This document shows positions 19,443 through 29,343 of a DNA stretch of 64,000 nucleotides, one piece after another. Below the pieces are notes generated by a model, which was given only the letters and a program-made list of their open reading frames with translations, was not told the origin of the DNA and searched no databases. This DNA comes from an uncultured Candidatus Saccharibacteria bacterium (GTDB taxonomy: Bacteria > Patescibacteriota > Minisyncoccia > Phycocordibacterales > PALSA-1337). The stretch is from NCBI GenBank assembly GCA_964495685.1, contig CAZBVQ010000001.1, positions 105,521 through 169,520 of the forward strand, read 5' to 3'. Both the position numbers and the translations under genes were made by a program. How positions within the stretch are numbered: the first letter of the stretch is position 1; each line of letters begins with the position of its first letter.

Positions 19443-20159
19443 ATGCGTCTCCATCGTTTCTATATCTCCGAACCCATCAGTGCTCGCGCTGAGGTGATTG
19501 TCGTCGATGCCGATCTTGTTCATCAGATCAGGAATGTATTTCGTCTCAAGAATGGTGACTCAGTCATCTTGTTCGATGGTAGTGGTTCTGATTACACCTG
19601 TCGCATCGAAGGTGGTGACAAGCACTCCATCACGTTCATCGTCATCGAATCATCACGTAGTCGCTATATACCCACACAGCATGTCGTGCTGTGTGCTGCG
19701 GTGGTCAAGAAAGACACATTCGAATGGATCGCTGAGAAAGCTACTGAGCTAGGTGTGAGCGAGATCGTCCCGGTCATTTCTGAACGTAGTGAGAAGAAAT
19801 CGTTGAACGAATCTCGTTTGAGCAAGATCGTGAATGAGGCCAGTGAACAGTCGGGCCGTGGTGACATTCCTGTACTGCATTCGGTCATCGAGCTGCGTGA
19901 GTATATCGAAAAAAATATCATAGATGGATCAAAGATGTTGGCATTCCATATTGATGGTCCGATTTTCGACCGAGCACGTTTCACGGCTTCTGCCGATGCA
20001 AAAACACATATTTTCATAGGGCCCGAAGGTGGCTGGTCGCCTGATGAGCTGGCCTTGTTTCACAGCAAGAAAATTCCGGTGGTATCTCTTGGAACCCAGG
20101 TTTTGCGGGCTGAAACGGCGGTCGTCTCCGCCCTGTCATTGACGTTGTTGGGGAAGTGA
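19443..20159 (+). CDS. rsmE: 16S rRNA m3U1498 methyltransferase
   Basis: KATELGV, EASEQSGR, IGPEGGWS, LRAETA. Confidence 0.95.
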   Translation: MRLHRFYISEPISARAEVIVVDADLVHQIRNVFRLKNGDSVILFDGSGSDYTCRIEGGDKHSITFIVIESSRSRYIPTQHVVLCAAVVKKDTFEWIAEKATELGVSEIVPVISERSEKKSLNESRLSKIVNEASEQSGRGDIPVLHSVIELREYIEKNIIDGSKMLAFHIDGPIFDRARFTASADAKTHIFIGPEGGWSPDELALFHSKKIPVVSLGTQVLRAETAVVSALSLTLLGK

Positions 20160-20254
20160 TGCCAATTTCAGGTAGCACTGCGGAGGTGAATGCTCGAGGA
20201 AAATTCTCATGATGTTTCACAGATAAAAAACCCGGCTTGTGCCGGGTTTTTGTA

Positions 20255-21331
20255 TTACTTAGTCGCTTCCAGGAACGCGAACACCTTCTCATTGGTGAGT
20301 ACTGTTTCAGCATAGACAGCTGCACGGTCGCGGTCAGCATCTTTGTAGTGTTCGGTGATGTGATTGACCTCTTCCTCGATCTCCTTCACATCCGGCTTCA
20401 ACTTTTCTTTGACAGCGATCTCATTCAAGATCAATTGCAACTTCGCTTTCTTCTCAGCGTGAGGCAACCATTCCTTGCGAATTTCTTCGAGTGATTTCTT
20501 GGCATGCTTCAGATAGTCATCGAGCTTCACACCCATGCGTTCGATGTCAGCAGCAAATTGTGCCTGTGTACGATCGAGCTCACTTTCGATCATGAGGTCA
20601 GGAATCTCGACCGTCGTGGCCTCGGCGAGTGCATCGGCGATTTTGAGACGAGTTTTTTCTTTTGCCTCATCACGCTTCTGTTCGGCGATCATGTCAGAAA
20701 GTTTGTTCTTGAAATCAGGAACGTCATTGAAGTCGCCGAGAGTCTTGACCCAGTCGTCAGTGAGCTCAGGCATACCGGCTTCGATCGCTTTGTCGTGTTC
20801 CTCAGGAGTCATCTTGTCGTGGTCATGTCCCTCATGTGACGCGGAACGTTTGCGAATCTTGAGGATGGCTTCCTCAATATCTTTTTCTTTGACTTCCAAT
20901 TCTGCGGGGTCAGCTTTTTTTGCTTCTGCTGCAGCGATCTTCTGGTAGTCGGGAAGGGTGACTGTGGGCACTACAGCAGTGACTGCGGTGAACTCCATCG
21001 GATTGCCAGGTGCAAGTTTGGTCACACGGATTTCAGGTTTGCCGATAGCGTCGATCTTTTCGTTGATGAGTATTTCGATGTAGGCCTTGGAAAGGGCGAT
21101 CTCGGCCATCTCTTCATGAATAGCTGATTCGCCAACCTTGGCCACCAGGATGTTTTCGGGGACCATGCCCTTGCGGAAGCCGTCGATGCTGATCTGCTTG
21201 TTCAGATAGGATATTGCCTCGGCACGATATGCGCCCCAGATCTCGGCAGGAATTGATCCGGTAATCTCGACACGTGATTTGTCGAGCTTCTTGGTAGTAA
21301 TGGTTCCGTACATTTTTGCTGTTTTTGTCAT
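20255..21331 (-). CDS. tig: Trigger factor (PPIase domain apparently reduced or absent)
   Basis: IDGFRKGMVP ribosome-binding motif. Only 358 aa. Confidence 0.92.
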   Translation of the reverse strand: MTKTAKMYGTITTKKLDKSRVEITGSIPAEIWGAYRAEAISYLNKQISIDGFRKGMVPENILVAKVGESAIHEEMAEIALSKAYIEILINEKIDAIGKPEIRVTKLAPGNPMEFTAVTAVVPTVTLPDYQKIAAAEAKKADPAELEVKEKDIEEAILKIRKRSASHEGHDHDKMTPEEHDKAIEAGMPELTDDWVKTLGDFNDVPDFKNKLSDMIAEQKRDEAKEKTRLKIADALAEATTVEIPDLMIESELDRTQAQFAADIERMGVKLDDYLKHAKKSLEEIRKEWLPHAEKKAKLQLILNEIAVKEKLKPDVKEIEEEVNHITEHYKDADRDRAAVYAETVLTNEKVFAFLEATK

Positions 21332-21429
21332 GAGGGGGAGTCTACACTAGAAAACAGAAACAGTAAACGTGCGGGAGATACAAAAAACAGAGGTTTATTC
21401 CTCTGTTTTTTGTATCAGTCTGCTGGTAA

Positions 21430-21780
21430 CTAAAAGCTCTGCGTATCAAGTCCCTTGGCCGAGGTGTTGAGATCGGCTTCGAGTGACGAGAGATCGTCTG
21501 CAGTATTGGTGACCGGCTGAACAGTCGCTGTCGGAGCGGGGAGTTCTGAGGAGGTCTCTGTCGAAGGTGTCATCTGGGCGGCCACCGATGTGTCGATAGG
21601 GGCCTGCTCGTTGTTCATCTGAGAGGCGAAGAGGTACAAAGCTCCGATGATGAGGACAAGGACGATGACAAGGACTGCTACGATGGGGCCGACTTTCTTG
21701 TGCTCGGGAGTAGCGGTGGGTTGCTCAAATGTCGGCTGAGACGTCGCAGGGGTAATAGGTTGTTGTTGATTTGGATCCAT
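21430..21780 (-). CDS. Single-TM hypothetical protein
   Basis: KVGPIVAVLVIVLVLIIGALY plus a low-complexity tail. Confidence 0.75.
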   Translation of the reverse strand: MDPNQQQPITPATSQPTFEQPTATPEHKKVGPIVAVLVIVLVLIIGALYLFASQMNNEQAPIDTSVAAQMTPSTETSSELPAPTATVQPVTNTADDLSSLEADLNTSAKGLDTQSF

Positions 21781-21810
21781 GGTTGTTGATGATTAGGGTG
21801 TATAAAGATA

Positions 21811-22647
21811 TTAGGGAGTCGTGGTCGGGGTAGTCGAAGCGGTGCCGCCTAGACCCATGGCGCGAGCAATGGCTCGGACGACAGCAGTGAGAGATTCGTG
21901 AGCATCTTTGACTGCCTTGAGGGCGGCATCAGCGATCTGGCGGGGCTTGGTCAAGTCGATGGACGTAGGGTCCGTCGAGCTCGCAGTCGGTGTGGGAGGT
22001 GTATATGACTTGAGTGTCTCGAGAGCGCTGATCGCTGTGGCAATCTTTGCGTCAGCGATAGCGAGCGCGCTTTTTGCTGCAGCCATGTCACGCCCCGCAG
22101 ATGTTGCTTTGTCGATGCGTGAGACGATGCGTTCGCGAACCTGCTTGAGATTCTCGATGGAGACATTCAGTTGTTTGATCAGGGCTTCTTTGCGGATTTG
22201 GAATATGTCCTTGCGCATATCACGACGAATCTCACGACGATCTGGCGTATTGGTAGCATTCTTCATCTCTTCACGACCCTCGCGGCGCGTTTCCATGACC
22301 TCTTCACGACGGTCATCACGAATTTCTTTGCGCTCCATGCGAGTGCTCGTGGCGATCAGGGGGCGAGTGCTCGTGGCGGGGCGACGATTTTCGAGTATCT
22401 TGTTACGAATCTCGACATTGTTCTGGATATTTTCGGTCTTGGCACGGAGCTGCTCGCGCAATGCGGCGGGCACGGGTGTACCTGGGCGCGGTGTAGGAGT
22501 GGTCCCTGGTGCAGGTGGACGCATCATCGTTTCCCGTTCTTGGACAGAACCGTCCGTATCGGCACTCTCCTCTGCATGACTCGTGGCAGGGATAGAAAGT
22601 ACCAAAGCGAAGGCGATGATAGGGTAGATATAATAGTGTTTCTTCAT
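21811..22647 (-). CDS. Secreted coiled-coil hypothetical protein
   Basis: Signal peptide, Arg/Glu-rich helical region and ATST repeats. Confidence 0.8.
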   Translation of the reverse strand: MKKHYYIYPIIAFALVLSIPATSHAEESADTDGSVQERETMMRPPAPGTTPTPRPGTPVPAALREQLRAKTENIQNNVEIRNKILENRRPATSTRPLIATSTRMERKEIRDDRREEVMETRREGREEMKNATNTPDRREIRRDMRKDIFQIRKEALIKQLNVSIENLKQVRERIVSRIDKATSAGRDMAAAKSALAIADAKIATAISALETLKSYTPPTPTASSTDPTSIDLTKPRQIADAALKAVKDAHESLTAVVRAIARAMGLGGTASTTPTTTP

Positions 22648-22788
22648 AAAATAAAGATTACGATTAAATGTATCACTGACGTGATGTTGAATAGTATACC
22701 ACGATGGATATCGTTGGCAGAATAATGTGTGGAGTACGAAAAACCGGCCGAAAGCCGGTTTTTCCTGCAGATGTCCTAGAGATCACTA

Positions 22789-24771
22789 TTAGACCAAGAA
22801 GGCGACGATGAGGAGTGCGACGATATTCAAGATCTTGATCATTGGGTTGATGGCTGGACCAGCGGTGTCCTTGTATGGATCGCCGACGGTGTCGCCAGTA
22901 ACTGCTGCCTTGTGGGCATCTGAACCCTTGCCACCATGATTGCCTTGTTCGATATGCTTCTTGGCATTGTCCCATGCACCACCACCTGATGTCATAGAGA
23001 TGGCTACGAAGAGGCCGGTGACGATAGAGCCGACGAGGAGACCTCCGAGGGCAACTGGGCCAAGGATGAATCCGACCAATATCGGAGCGAGAACAGGGAT
23101 GAGCGCAGGGATGATCATTTCCTTGATAGCCGCTGAGGTGACGATGTCTACACAGCGAGCATAGTCAGGCTTGGCAGTACCTTGCATGATACCCTTGATC
23201 TCACGGAATTGGCGACGAACTTCCTCGACGACCTTGCCCGCGGCTTTACCGACAGCTTCCATAGAGAGAGCTGCGAAGTAATAAGGAAGAAGTCCTCCGA
23301 TAAAGAGACCGACAATAACCTTTGGATCACTCAGGCTGAATGAAAGTCCGGGAACAGAGTGGGTATATTCAGCGAAGAGTACGAGTGCCGCGAGACCTGC
23401 TGAGCCGATGGCGTACCCTTTTGTGACTGCCTTTGTAGTGTTACCGACAGCGTCCAACGGATCGGTGACATCACGAACTTCTTGTGGCAGTTCTGCCATC
23501 TCCGCAATACCTCCGGCGTTGTCAGTAATAGGGCCATAGGCGTCGATGGCAACGATAATACCGGCCATTGAAAGCATAGACATGGCTGCAACCGCGATAC
23601 CATAGAGACCAGCGAAGTAGTATGCAGCGAGAATGCCGGCAACGATGGTGATAAGTGGCCATGCGGTAGATTTCATCGAGATGGCGAGGCCCTGAATGAT
23701 GTTCGTGCCATGACCAGAGACTGAAGCGTTGGCGATTGATTTGACGGGAGCGTATTTGGTCGAAGTGTAGTACTCGGTGATCACGACGAGAAGTGCGGTG
23801 ACTATGAGACCGACGAGCGTACAACCGAAGAGGTTGGCGACACTGTAGGTACCGTTGTCAGCCATGATCCATTTGGTGATCGGATAGAATGCGATGGCGG
23901 CAAGAATACCAGCTACAGTAAGGCCTTTGTACATAGCACCCATGATATTTTGTGAGGAGCCCATCTTGACGAACCAGGTACCAATGATCGAGGCGATGAT
24001 AGCGATACCGCCGAGAGCGAGCGGATACATGAGGGCACCGTCGAATCCTTTGAAGAGGGAGGCGCCGAGCATCATGGCTGCAATAGTGGTTACCGCATAG
24101 GTCTCGAAGAGGTCCGCAGCCATACCAGCACAGTCACCGACGTTGTCTCCAACGTTATCAGCAATAACTCCCGGGTTTCGTGGATCATCTTCTGGAATAC
24201 CAGCTTCTACCTTACCGACCAAGTCGGTACCTACGTCTGCTGCTTTGGTGAAAATACCACCACCGAGACGTGCGAATACTGAGATGAGGGATGCGCCGAA
24301 TGCCAGACCAATGAGAGAGGATACGTCCTTGGTGATTGCATAGAAGACGGTCGTGCCGAGAAGGGCGAGGCCGACGACGAAGAGTCCAGTGATAGCACCA
24401 CCATTGAAGGCGAGAGAGAGTGCAGTCCCGAGTCCTTTGCGAGCAGCTTCTGTCGTGCGAATGTTGGAGCGTACCGATACATTCATGCCGATATAGCCGG
24501 CGAGAGCAGAAAGGATTGCTCCAATAATGAAGCCGATGGCGATCGTGATGCCGAGAGTGAGCCAGAGGACGATGAAGAGTACTACAGCAATGAGAGTGAT
24601 CGTCTTGTACTGTCGATTCAAGTAGGCCTTTGCCCCAGCTTGAATGGCGGCGGCGATCTCCTTCATGCGATCATTGCCGGTGGGCTTCTTCATGATCGAG
24701 GAGATCAAGAATGCTCCGTAAATGAGAGAGATGAGAGAGGCTATTAATGCGAACCAAATGTATGCGTTCAT
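22789..24771 (-). CDS. hppA: Membrane-bound proton-translocating pyrophosphatase (K+-independent signature)
   Basis: [44 protein letters not shown]. Confidence 0.97.
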   Translation of the reverse strand: MNAYIWFALIASLISLIYGAFLISSIMKKPTGNDRMKEIAAAIQAGAKAYLNRQYKTITLIAVVLFIVLWLTLGITIAIGFIIGAILSALAGYIGMNVSVRSNIRTTEAARKGLGTALSLAFNGGAITGLFVVGLALLGTTVFYAITKDVSSLIGLAFGASLISVFARLGGGIFTKAADVGTDLVGKVEAGIPEDDPRNPGVIADNVGDNVGDCAGMAADLFETYAVTTIAAMMLGASLFKGFDGALMYPLALGGIAIIASIIGTWFVKMGSSQNIMGAMYKGLTVAGILAAIAFYPITKWIMADNGTYSVANLFGCTLVGLIVTALLVVITEYYTSTKYAPVKSIANASVSGHGTNIIQGLAISMKSTAWPLITIVAGILAAYYFAGLYGIAVAAMSMLSMAGIIVAIDAYGPITDNAGGIAEMAELPQEVRDVTDPLDAVGNTTKAVTKGYAIGSAGLAALVLFAEYTHSVPGLSFSLSDPKVIVGLFIGGLLPYYFAALSMEAVGKAAGKVVEEVRRQFREIKGIMQGTAKPDYARCVDIVTSAAIKEMIIPALIPVLAPILVGFILGPVALGGLLVGSIVTGLFVAISMTSGGGAWDNAKKHIEQGNHGGKGSDAHKAAVTGDTVGDPYKDTAGPAINPMIKILNIVALLIVAFLV

Positions 24772-25024
24772 GGTGAGTGTGTTACGTGGGACTTTTAATA
24801 CTTTTAACCTAACAAAAGCCGTATGACTATAGAGTAAAAATACTGTTTTTGCAAGGGAATCCACACTGATTCAGTGGGGTAATAATACAAAAAAATTTGC
24901 ATAAATAAAAAATTCGTGCTATAAAAATATCAGACATAATTCTGCCAATGTCTGAGATGGAACACTGCATGAGGCGGTGTTTTATTATCGGTATATAACA
25001 AACAACGAGGCAGATTGATAGCTC

Positions 25025-26506
25025 ATGAAAAAGAAACTACTCACTATGGCGTTACTGGTACTTGCCGTGACATCTGGATCGTCACGTCTCGAAGCCGCGG
25101 GCATTGCCTACACAAAATTGGCGACCTTGGGAAGTATCGGCTCCAGCATTCGGAGTGCACCGTTGCTCAAAGGGTCGGAATTGTTCGTTGCTTGTTACTC
25201 TGGCGGCAGCAATTCCGCGGGTAGCGTGTTTGCGTACAACGTATCAACGGAAAACATCACTCACGTCTATAGCTTTTCCGGCCTTTTCGGAGTGAACGGC
25301 AGTAGCCCTCAAGGTGGTTTGGCACTTCTCGGTGATGTCTTTTATGGCACTACAGTCTTTGGTGGAACGAATACTACCGAAGGCGTCCTGTTCAAATTGA
25401 CACCGTCTGGTGTCTATACCAAACTCCTCGATTTCGGAGGTGCAATTGGTGGTGAGCCAACGGAGACGCTTGCTGTCTCGGGTGATACACTCTACGGCAG
25501 TACGCTCACTGGCGGTACTTACAACTGGGGGAGTCTCTTTGCCGCTACCACGAACGGTGCCATAGTGTGGACGAAGATGTTCGATGGTACCAATGGCCGT
25601 CACGCGACACAGCTCATCCCTCTCGGGGATTATCTATATGGTGCAACGTTTGGTGGAGGGGTGCACAGTGATGGAACAACATTCAGGATCAAGAAAGATG
25701 GCACTGGATTCACTACGCTGTATAGCTTTGCTGGTGGTAGTGACGGTGCGTACCCGTACTCCCTATCTCTTGGGTGGGATGGGCGTATGTACGGCACCAC
25801 GGCAGGATATGCGGGCGATGATGACGCTACGGTGTTCTATATGGGCACCAATGGTATTCCGACGACGGTGTTGCATCTGACTGATGGTGACTATGCGACG
25901 GGAGCAACCTTGGGACCCAACGGCCTCATTTATGCCACGACGCGTGGTACGGGCAAGAACGGGAATGCGGGCCGAGTCTATCAGCTCGGTACGAATGGAT
26001 CAGCTCTCACGCTCGTGACTTATCCATACCCCAGCCAAGTTGTCACACAGGCCTATGTTGCACCGATCACATTCGGTCCTGACAATCGTGCTTACTACGG
26101 TTATTACTACTCCAACTCATTCGTGCGTCTCGGTTTTCCGATGGCGACGGCGCTGAAGATTGATACCTTGACGTGTACCAACACGGCATATAGTTGGTCC
26201 GCCGTTGCCGGACAGGCGTACGCAGTGAGACAGGGTGATGACGTATCGACCTACAGCACTATTGCTACGGTGGTACCCACCAATGGCGTTGGACAATATG
26301 TTGGACGCTCATTCCGGACGAATACGTTCACGAGGCTGGTCGTATTCACCACGAACACGATGACAGGATTCGATGTTGCCATGACCAATGGCGCTGTCAT
26401 GCGTTCAAGTGCGTGGGGTCCGCCAGTAGATCAGCGGGACACAAATTGTGTGCCACGTTACGTTGGGGGTGGAAGTGGGGATACTAATGGCCCGCCATCT
26501 CCTTGA
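25025..26506 (+). CDS. Secreted beta-propeller protein with Gloeo_Verruco (GloVer)-type repeats
   Basis: Repeats such as VYSFSG..NGSSPQGGL, LYGSTLTGG..GSLF and TLYSFAGGSDGAYP. Signal peptide. Confidence 0.8.
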   Translation: MKKKLLTMALLVLAVTSGSSRLEAAGIAYTKLATLGSIGSSIRSAPLLKGSELFVACYSGGSNSAGSVFAYNVSTENITHVYSFSGLFGVNGSSPQGGLALLGDVFYGTTVFGGTNTTEGVLFKLTPSGVYTKLLDFGGAIGGEPTETLAVSGDTLYGSTLTGGTYNWGSLFAATTNGAIVWTKMFDGTNGRHATQLIPLGDYLYGATFGGGVHSDGTTFRIKKDGTGFTTLYSFAGGSDGAYPYSLSLGWDGRMYGTTAGYAGDDDATVFYMGTNGIPTTVLHLTDGDYATGATLGPNGLIYATTRGTGKNGNAGRVYQLGTNGSALTLVTYPYPSQVVTQAYVAPITFGPDNRAYYGYYYSNSFVRLGFPMATALKIDTLTCTNTAYSWSAVAGQAYAVRQGDDVSTYSTIATVVPTNGVGQYVGRSFRTNTFTRLVVFTTNTMTGFDVAMTNGAVMRSSAWGPPVDQRDTNCVPRYVGGGSGDTNGPPSP

Positions 26507-26677
26507 TCATTGATCGGGTCTTTGATTCGAAGCCCGCAAGCCGAGGAGGTTTGCGGGCTTTTTTGCATCTAAAGAGAATCACTGTACGGAGACATAGCTC
26601 GCATATGGAACGGAGGACCAGGTGAATGGAGGAAGCAGAATTTCTCGAGACGGCGCTTTCACGTTATAATGGTCTGC

Positions 26678-26896
26678 ATGTCCAACGATACACAATTTCT
26701 GATACTGATCGGCAAGAAAATCCGTCATGAACGTGAGAGGAGGGGACTTTCCCAAGAAGAACTTGGCAAACTAGCCAAAGCTCATCGCACCTACGTGGGC
26801 ATGGTCGAGCGTGGCGAAAAAAATATCACCATATTCAACCTGAGACGATTCGCTGATGCACTCAAGATGCAGGTGAGAGACCTGATAGATTTCTAG
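26678..26896 (+). CDS. XRE HTH regulator, R-M controller (C-protein)-like
   Basis: GLSQEELGKLAKAHRTYVGMVERGEKNITIFNL. Confidence 0.9.
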   Translation: MSNDTQFLILIGKKIRHERERRGLSQEELGKLAKAHRTYVGMVERGEKNITIFNLRRFADALKMQVRDLIDF

Positions 26897-27010
26897 ATAT
26901 TCGCAATTTCGTATATGTACAAAATATACCGCGCGCATACGAATGCGTACGGTTTTCTCTCGGAGAGAGTTGACAAAAGGATTAATTATAATGCCTACTA
27001 TAGTTAGCGC

Positions 27011-27066
27011 TTGACGGTTTTTCGTTAGAGAGTATGATACTTATAGATAGCGCTACCTATAGTATC
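27011..27066 (+). promoter_or_regulatory. Promoter with overlapping 31-bp palindrome (candidate operator)
   Basis: TTGACG-16-TATGAT. gatacttatagatagcgctacctatagtatc is a near-perfect dyad at 27036-27066. Confidence 0.6.
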
Positions 27067-27106
27067 CATGTCGGATACGGGGTGCGTATCAGTAGAAAGG
27101 GATAGT

Positions 27107-27316
27107 ATGCAGCAAAAAACAACAATACTCCGTAACAGGTTTCGGAGGTCGAGCTATTGTGGCTCTGATTCTCCAACCTGTGTTGAAGTGGCACGAAGTA
27201 AAACTGCAGTTAGTGTCAGGGACTCCACGAAAAAGCAAGGTCCTATTCTGCAGTTTAACCACGACGAGTGGCGTGCTTTCTTGAAAGGCGCGGTCGCCGG
27301 AGAGTTCAATGTTTGA
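27107..27316 (+). CDS. DUF397 domain protein
   Basis: FRRSSYC...CVEVA...VRDS.K..GPILQF...EWRAFL signature. SD gaaagg. Confidence 0.9.
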   Translation: MQQKTTILRNRFRRSSYCGSDSPTCVEVARSKTAVSVRDSTKKQGPILQFNHDEWRAFLKGAVAGEFNV

Positions 27317-27367
27317 TTCGGACACGACACGACGGTGACACGAGAGTGTCACCGTCATTTCATTAAA

Positions 27368-27877
27368 ATGAAAAAACAAATTATTTTTGTACCTGGTTTC
27401 GGCGCGAGTGATCCAAGATACCTAAAGAGGGTACTTGGTTTTCGGTGTAATATATTTATTCCTGATTGGGAAAGGGGAACGTTGAGTGACTATATACGGG
27501 AATACGAAGCTTTTTTGATTAATAACAACTTGAGTGACTTTATTGCCATTGGGTTTTCTTTCGGGGCGCTCATCATTGCCTGTTCCAAAGTCGTTCCTAA
27601 GGAAAGTATTTTAATCGCAATGACACCGCTTTTTGTCGAAGATAAGATCTTTTGGAGTCAGAAATGGATCGATTCAATTGGAATAAAAAGGTTTGCCGAC
27701 CAAGGCATTTTTATTGCCAAATCGAATACGACGTTCCTAGTTGGCGGAAAAGATACGAAAGTTATTCTGCGGACAGTTGGCCGTTTGCGAGGCAATGCGG
27801 CAGTTTTTATGGAGCAATCAGCCGGTCATCTGTTAGAAGATTTTGTTGGGATCATAAAAAAGCTTATCAAAGTATAG
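27368..27877 (+). CDS. Small alpha/beta hydrolase
   Basis: FVPGFG, GFSFG nucleophile elbow, GGKD, AGH. Confidence 0.7.
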   Translation: MKKQIIFVPGFGASDPRYLKRVLGFRCNIFIPDWERGTLSDYIREYEAFLINNNLSDFIAIGFSFGALIIACSKVVPKESILIAMTPLFVEDKIFWSQKWIDSIGIKRFADQGIFIAKSNTTFLVGGKDTKVILRTVGRLRGNAAVFMEQSAGHLLEDFVGIIKKLIKV

Positions 27878-27940
27878 GTTTTGTTACCTAAAAACAAAAA
27901 CCCGCGCAATTATGCGCGGGCGGAATAGGTCCATGGTAGT

Positions 27941-29218
27941 CTATGGTCTGATAATCACAGTGGACAGCTGGTGTGGCTGCATCTGGTCCCGAAACCATTG
28001 TGAGAGGTGGGAGGGAGTAATCGTTCGTAACTCTCGTACCTCCTGCGTGAGCGGTGTAACGCTCCCGATAGACACCCACTCATCGACAGCGTTTTCGAGT
28101 ATCTTGCCGATGGTAGTATCAACAACTTCGCGTCTCCCGAGGCACGTTTGTATGGACTCTTTGATTACGTCTGTGATCGTCGGGTCCTCTTCGGCGAGCT
28201 CACGGATCGTATTATGGATGATCTTTTCGATCAGATCAGCCTTAGTTGGAGGCACATGAAGACATATTGACGTGCGACTATGATCTCGGAAACGGTATAC
28301 ACCAACACTGGGCGTGTACACTGCACCGAGAGCAGATCTTACTCTCACAAATAACAGATTCCACAAAGCCGTCTCTATGATGTCATGCAATGTCGCTTGG
28401 CTCATGTTCGGTGCAATTCGGAACAATGAAATTTCCGTAGTTTTCGGAACATTTTTGCTCGTAAGACCAAAGTATTCCCTCGAGGATATGTCGAGTCGAT
28501 GTTGCTGTGGCCCAGACCGCGACGCAAGTTGTTGCGTTTCTGGTAATGATGTGCCGGTAGGTATTCCGCAGAATACAGTCTCGATGGTTCTCTTCACCTT
28601 CTTATTCTGAATATTTCCTGCCAATGCGAGGCGCACATTGCCGTTATGATAGTTATTCATATGGAATGATCGAAGAGCATCTGGGGTTATGCGTTTCAAC
28701 GAGCTGTGCCAACCAAATGCCCACGTAGATCGTCCGAACGTGTGTGGTCCATATATACGCTTACGCACAGTTTTCTCCAGTTGCTCGTGTCTCGAATTGT
28801 TGAAGCGCGTCCACATCTCTTGGGAAATGACACATCGTTCACGTTCGATCTCGTGGTGGTCAAGATTGGGCGTAAACACCAATGCTCGAAGGAATGCGAG
28901 AGCCTGTTCCAGATGTTCGCAATGAATCTTTCCGTAGTAACTTGTTTTTTCGAAGCTGGTGCTTGCGTTAAGTGTCTCAAAGAACAACTTTCGCCCGATG
29001 CGACGAATATCTTCGAAGTGGGGGTAGCCCTTGCAGCCATTGAAGGGTAGGTGTTCGAAGAAATGTGCCAAACCCTCCTGACCGATAGGATCATGCCGTG
29101 CACCAACGGTAAAGATGAGCTGTACATGTACGAAACTATCGGCCCACGGTATATGTTTCATGATGACGGGAATACCAGAAATGTTCAGATGTTTAAATTG
29201 GTAAGGATCAAATCTCAT
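27941..29218 (-). CDS. M16 (pitrilysin/insulinase) family metallopeptidase
   Basis: GLAHFFEHL (HxxEH), LNASTS, ERERCVISQE. Confidence 0.9.
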   Translation of the reverse strand: MRFDPYQFKHLNISGIPVIMKHIPWADSFVHVQLIFTVGARHDPIGQEGLAHFFEHLPFNGCKGYPHFEDIRRIGRKLFFETLNASTSFEKTSYYGKIHCEHLEQALAFLRALVFTPNLDHHEIERERCVISQEMWTRFNNSRHEQLEKTVRKRIYGPHTFGRSTWAFGWHSSLKRITPDALRSFHMNNYHNGNVRLALAGNIQNKKVKRTIETVFCGIPTGTSLPETQQLASRSGPQQHRLDISSREYFGLTSKNVPKTTEISLFRIAPNMSQATLHDIIETALWNLLFVRVRSALGAVYTPSVGVYRFRDHSRTSICLHVPPTKADLIEKIIHNTIRELAEEDPTITDVIKESIQTCLGRREVVDTTIGKILENAVDEWVSIGSVTPLTQEVRELRTITPSHLSQWFRDQMQPHQLSTVIIRP

Positions 29219-29343
29219 AACGTGCTATCTCCTGGGGTTGTGTTCAATTAATCATTAACACGTTATGTGGACATAGTCAATATTGAGACAAAATCACTTC
29301 CCCCGAAGAAGAAGTGATTTGTTGGCGTTCGTGAGTGTAGGAA

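Noticed and set aside
21908-22725. Long + strand ORFs (223 and 184 aa)
   Set aside because: Antisense shadows of the secreted coiled-coil gene, with no protein-like features.
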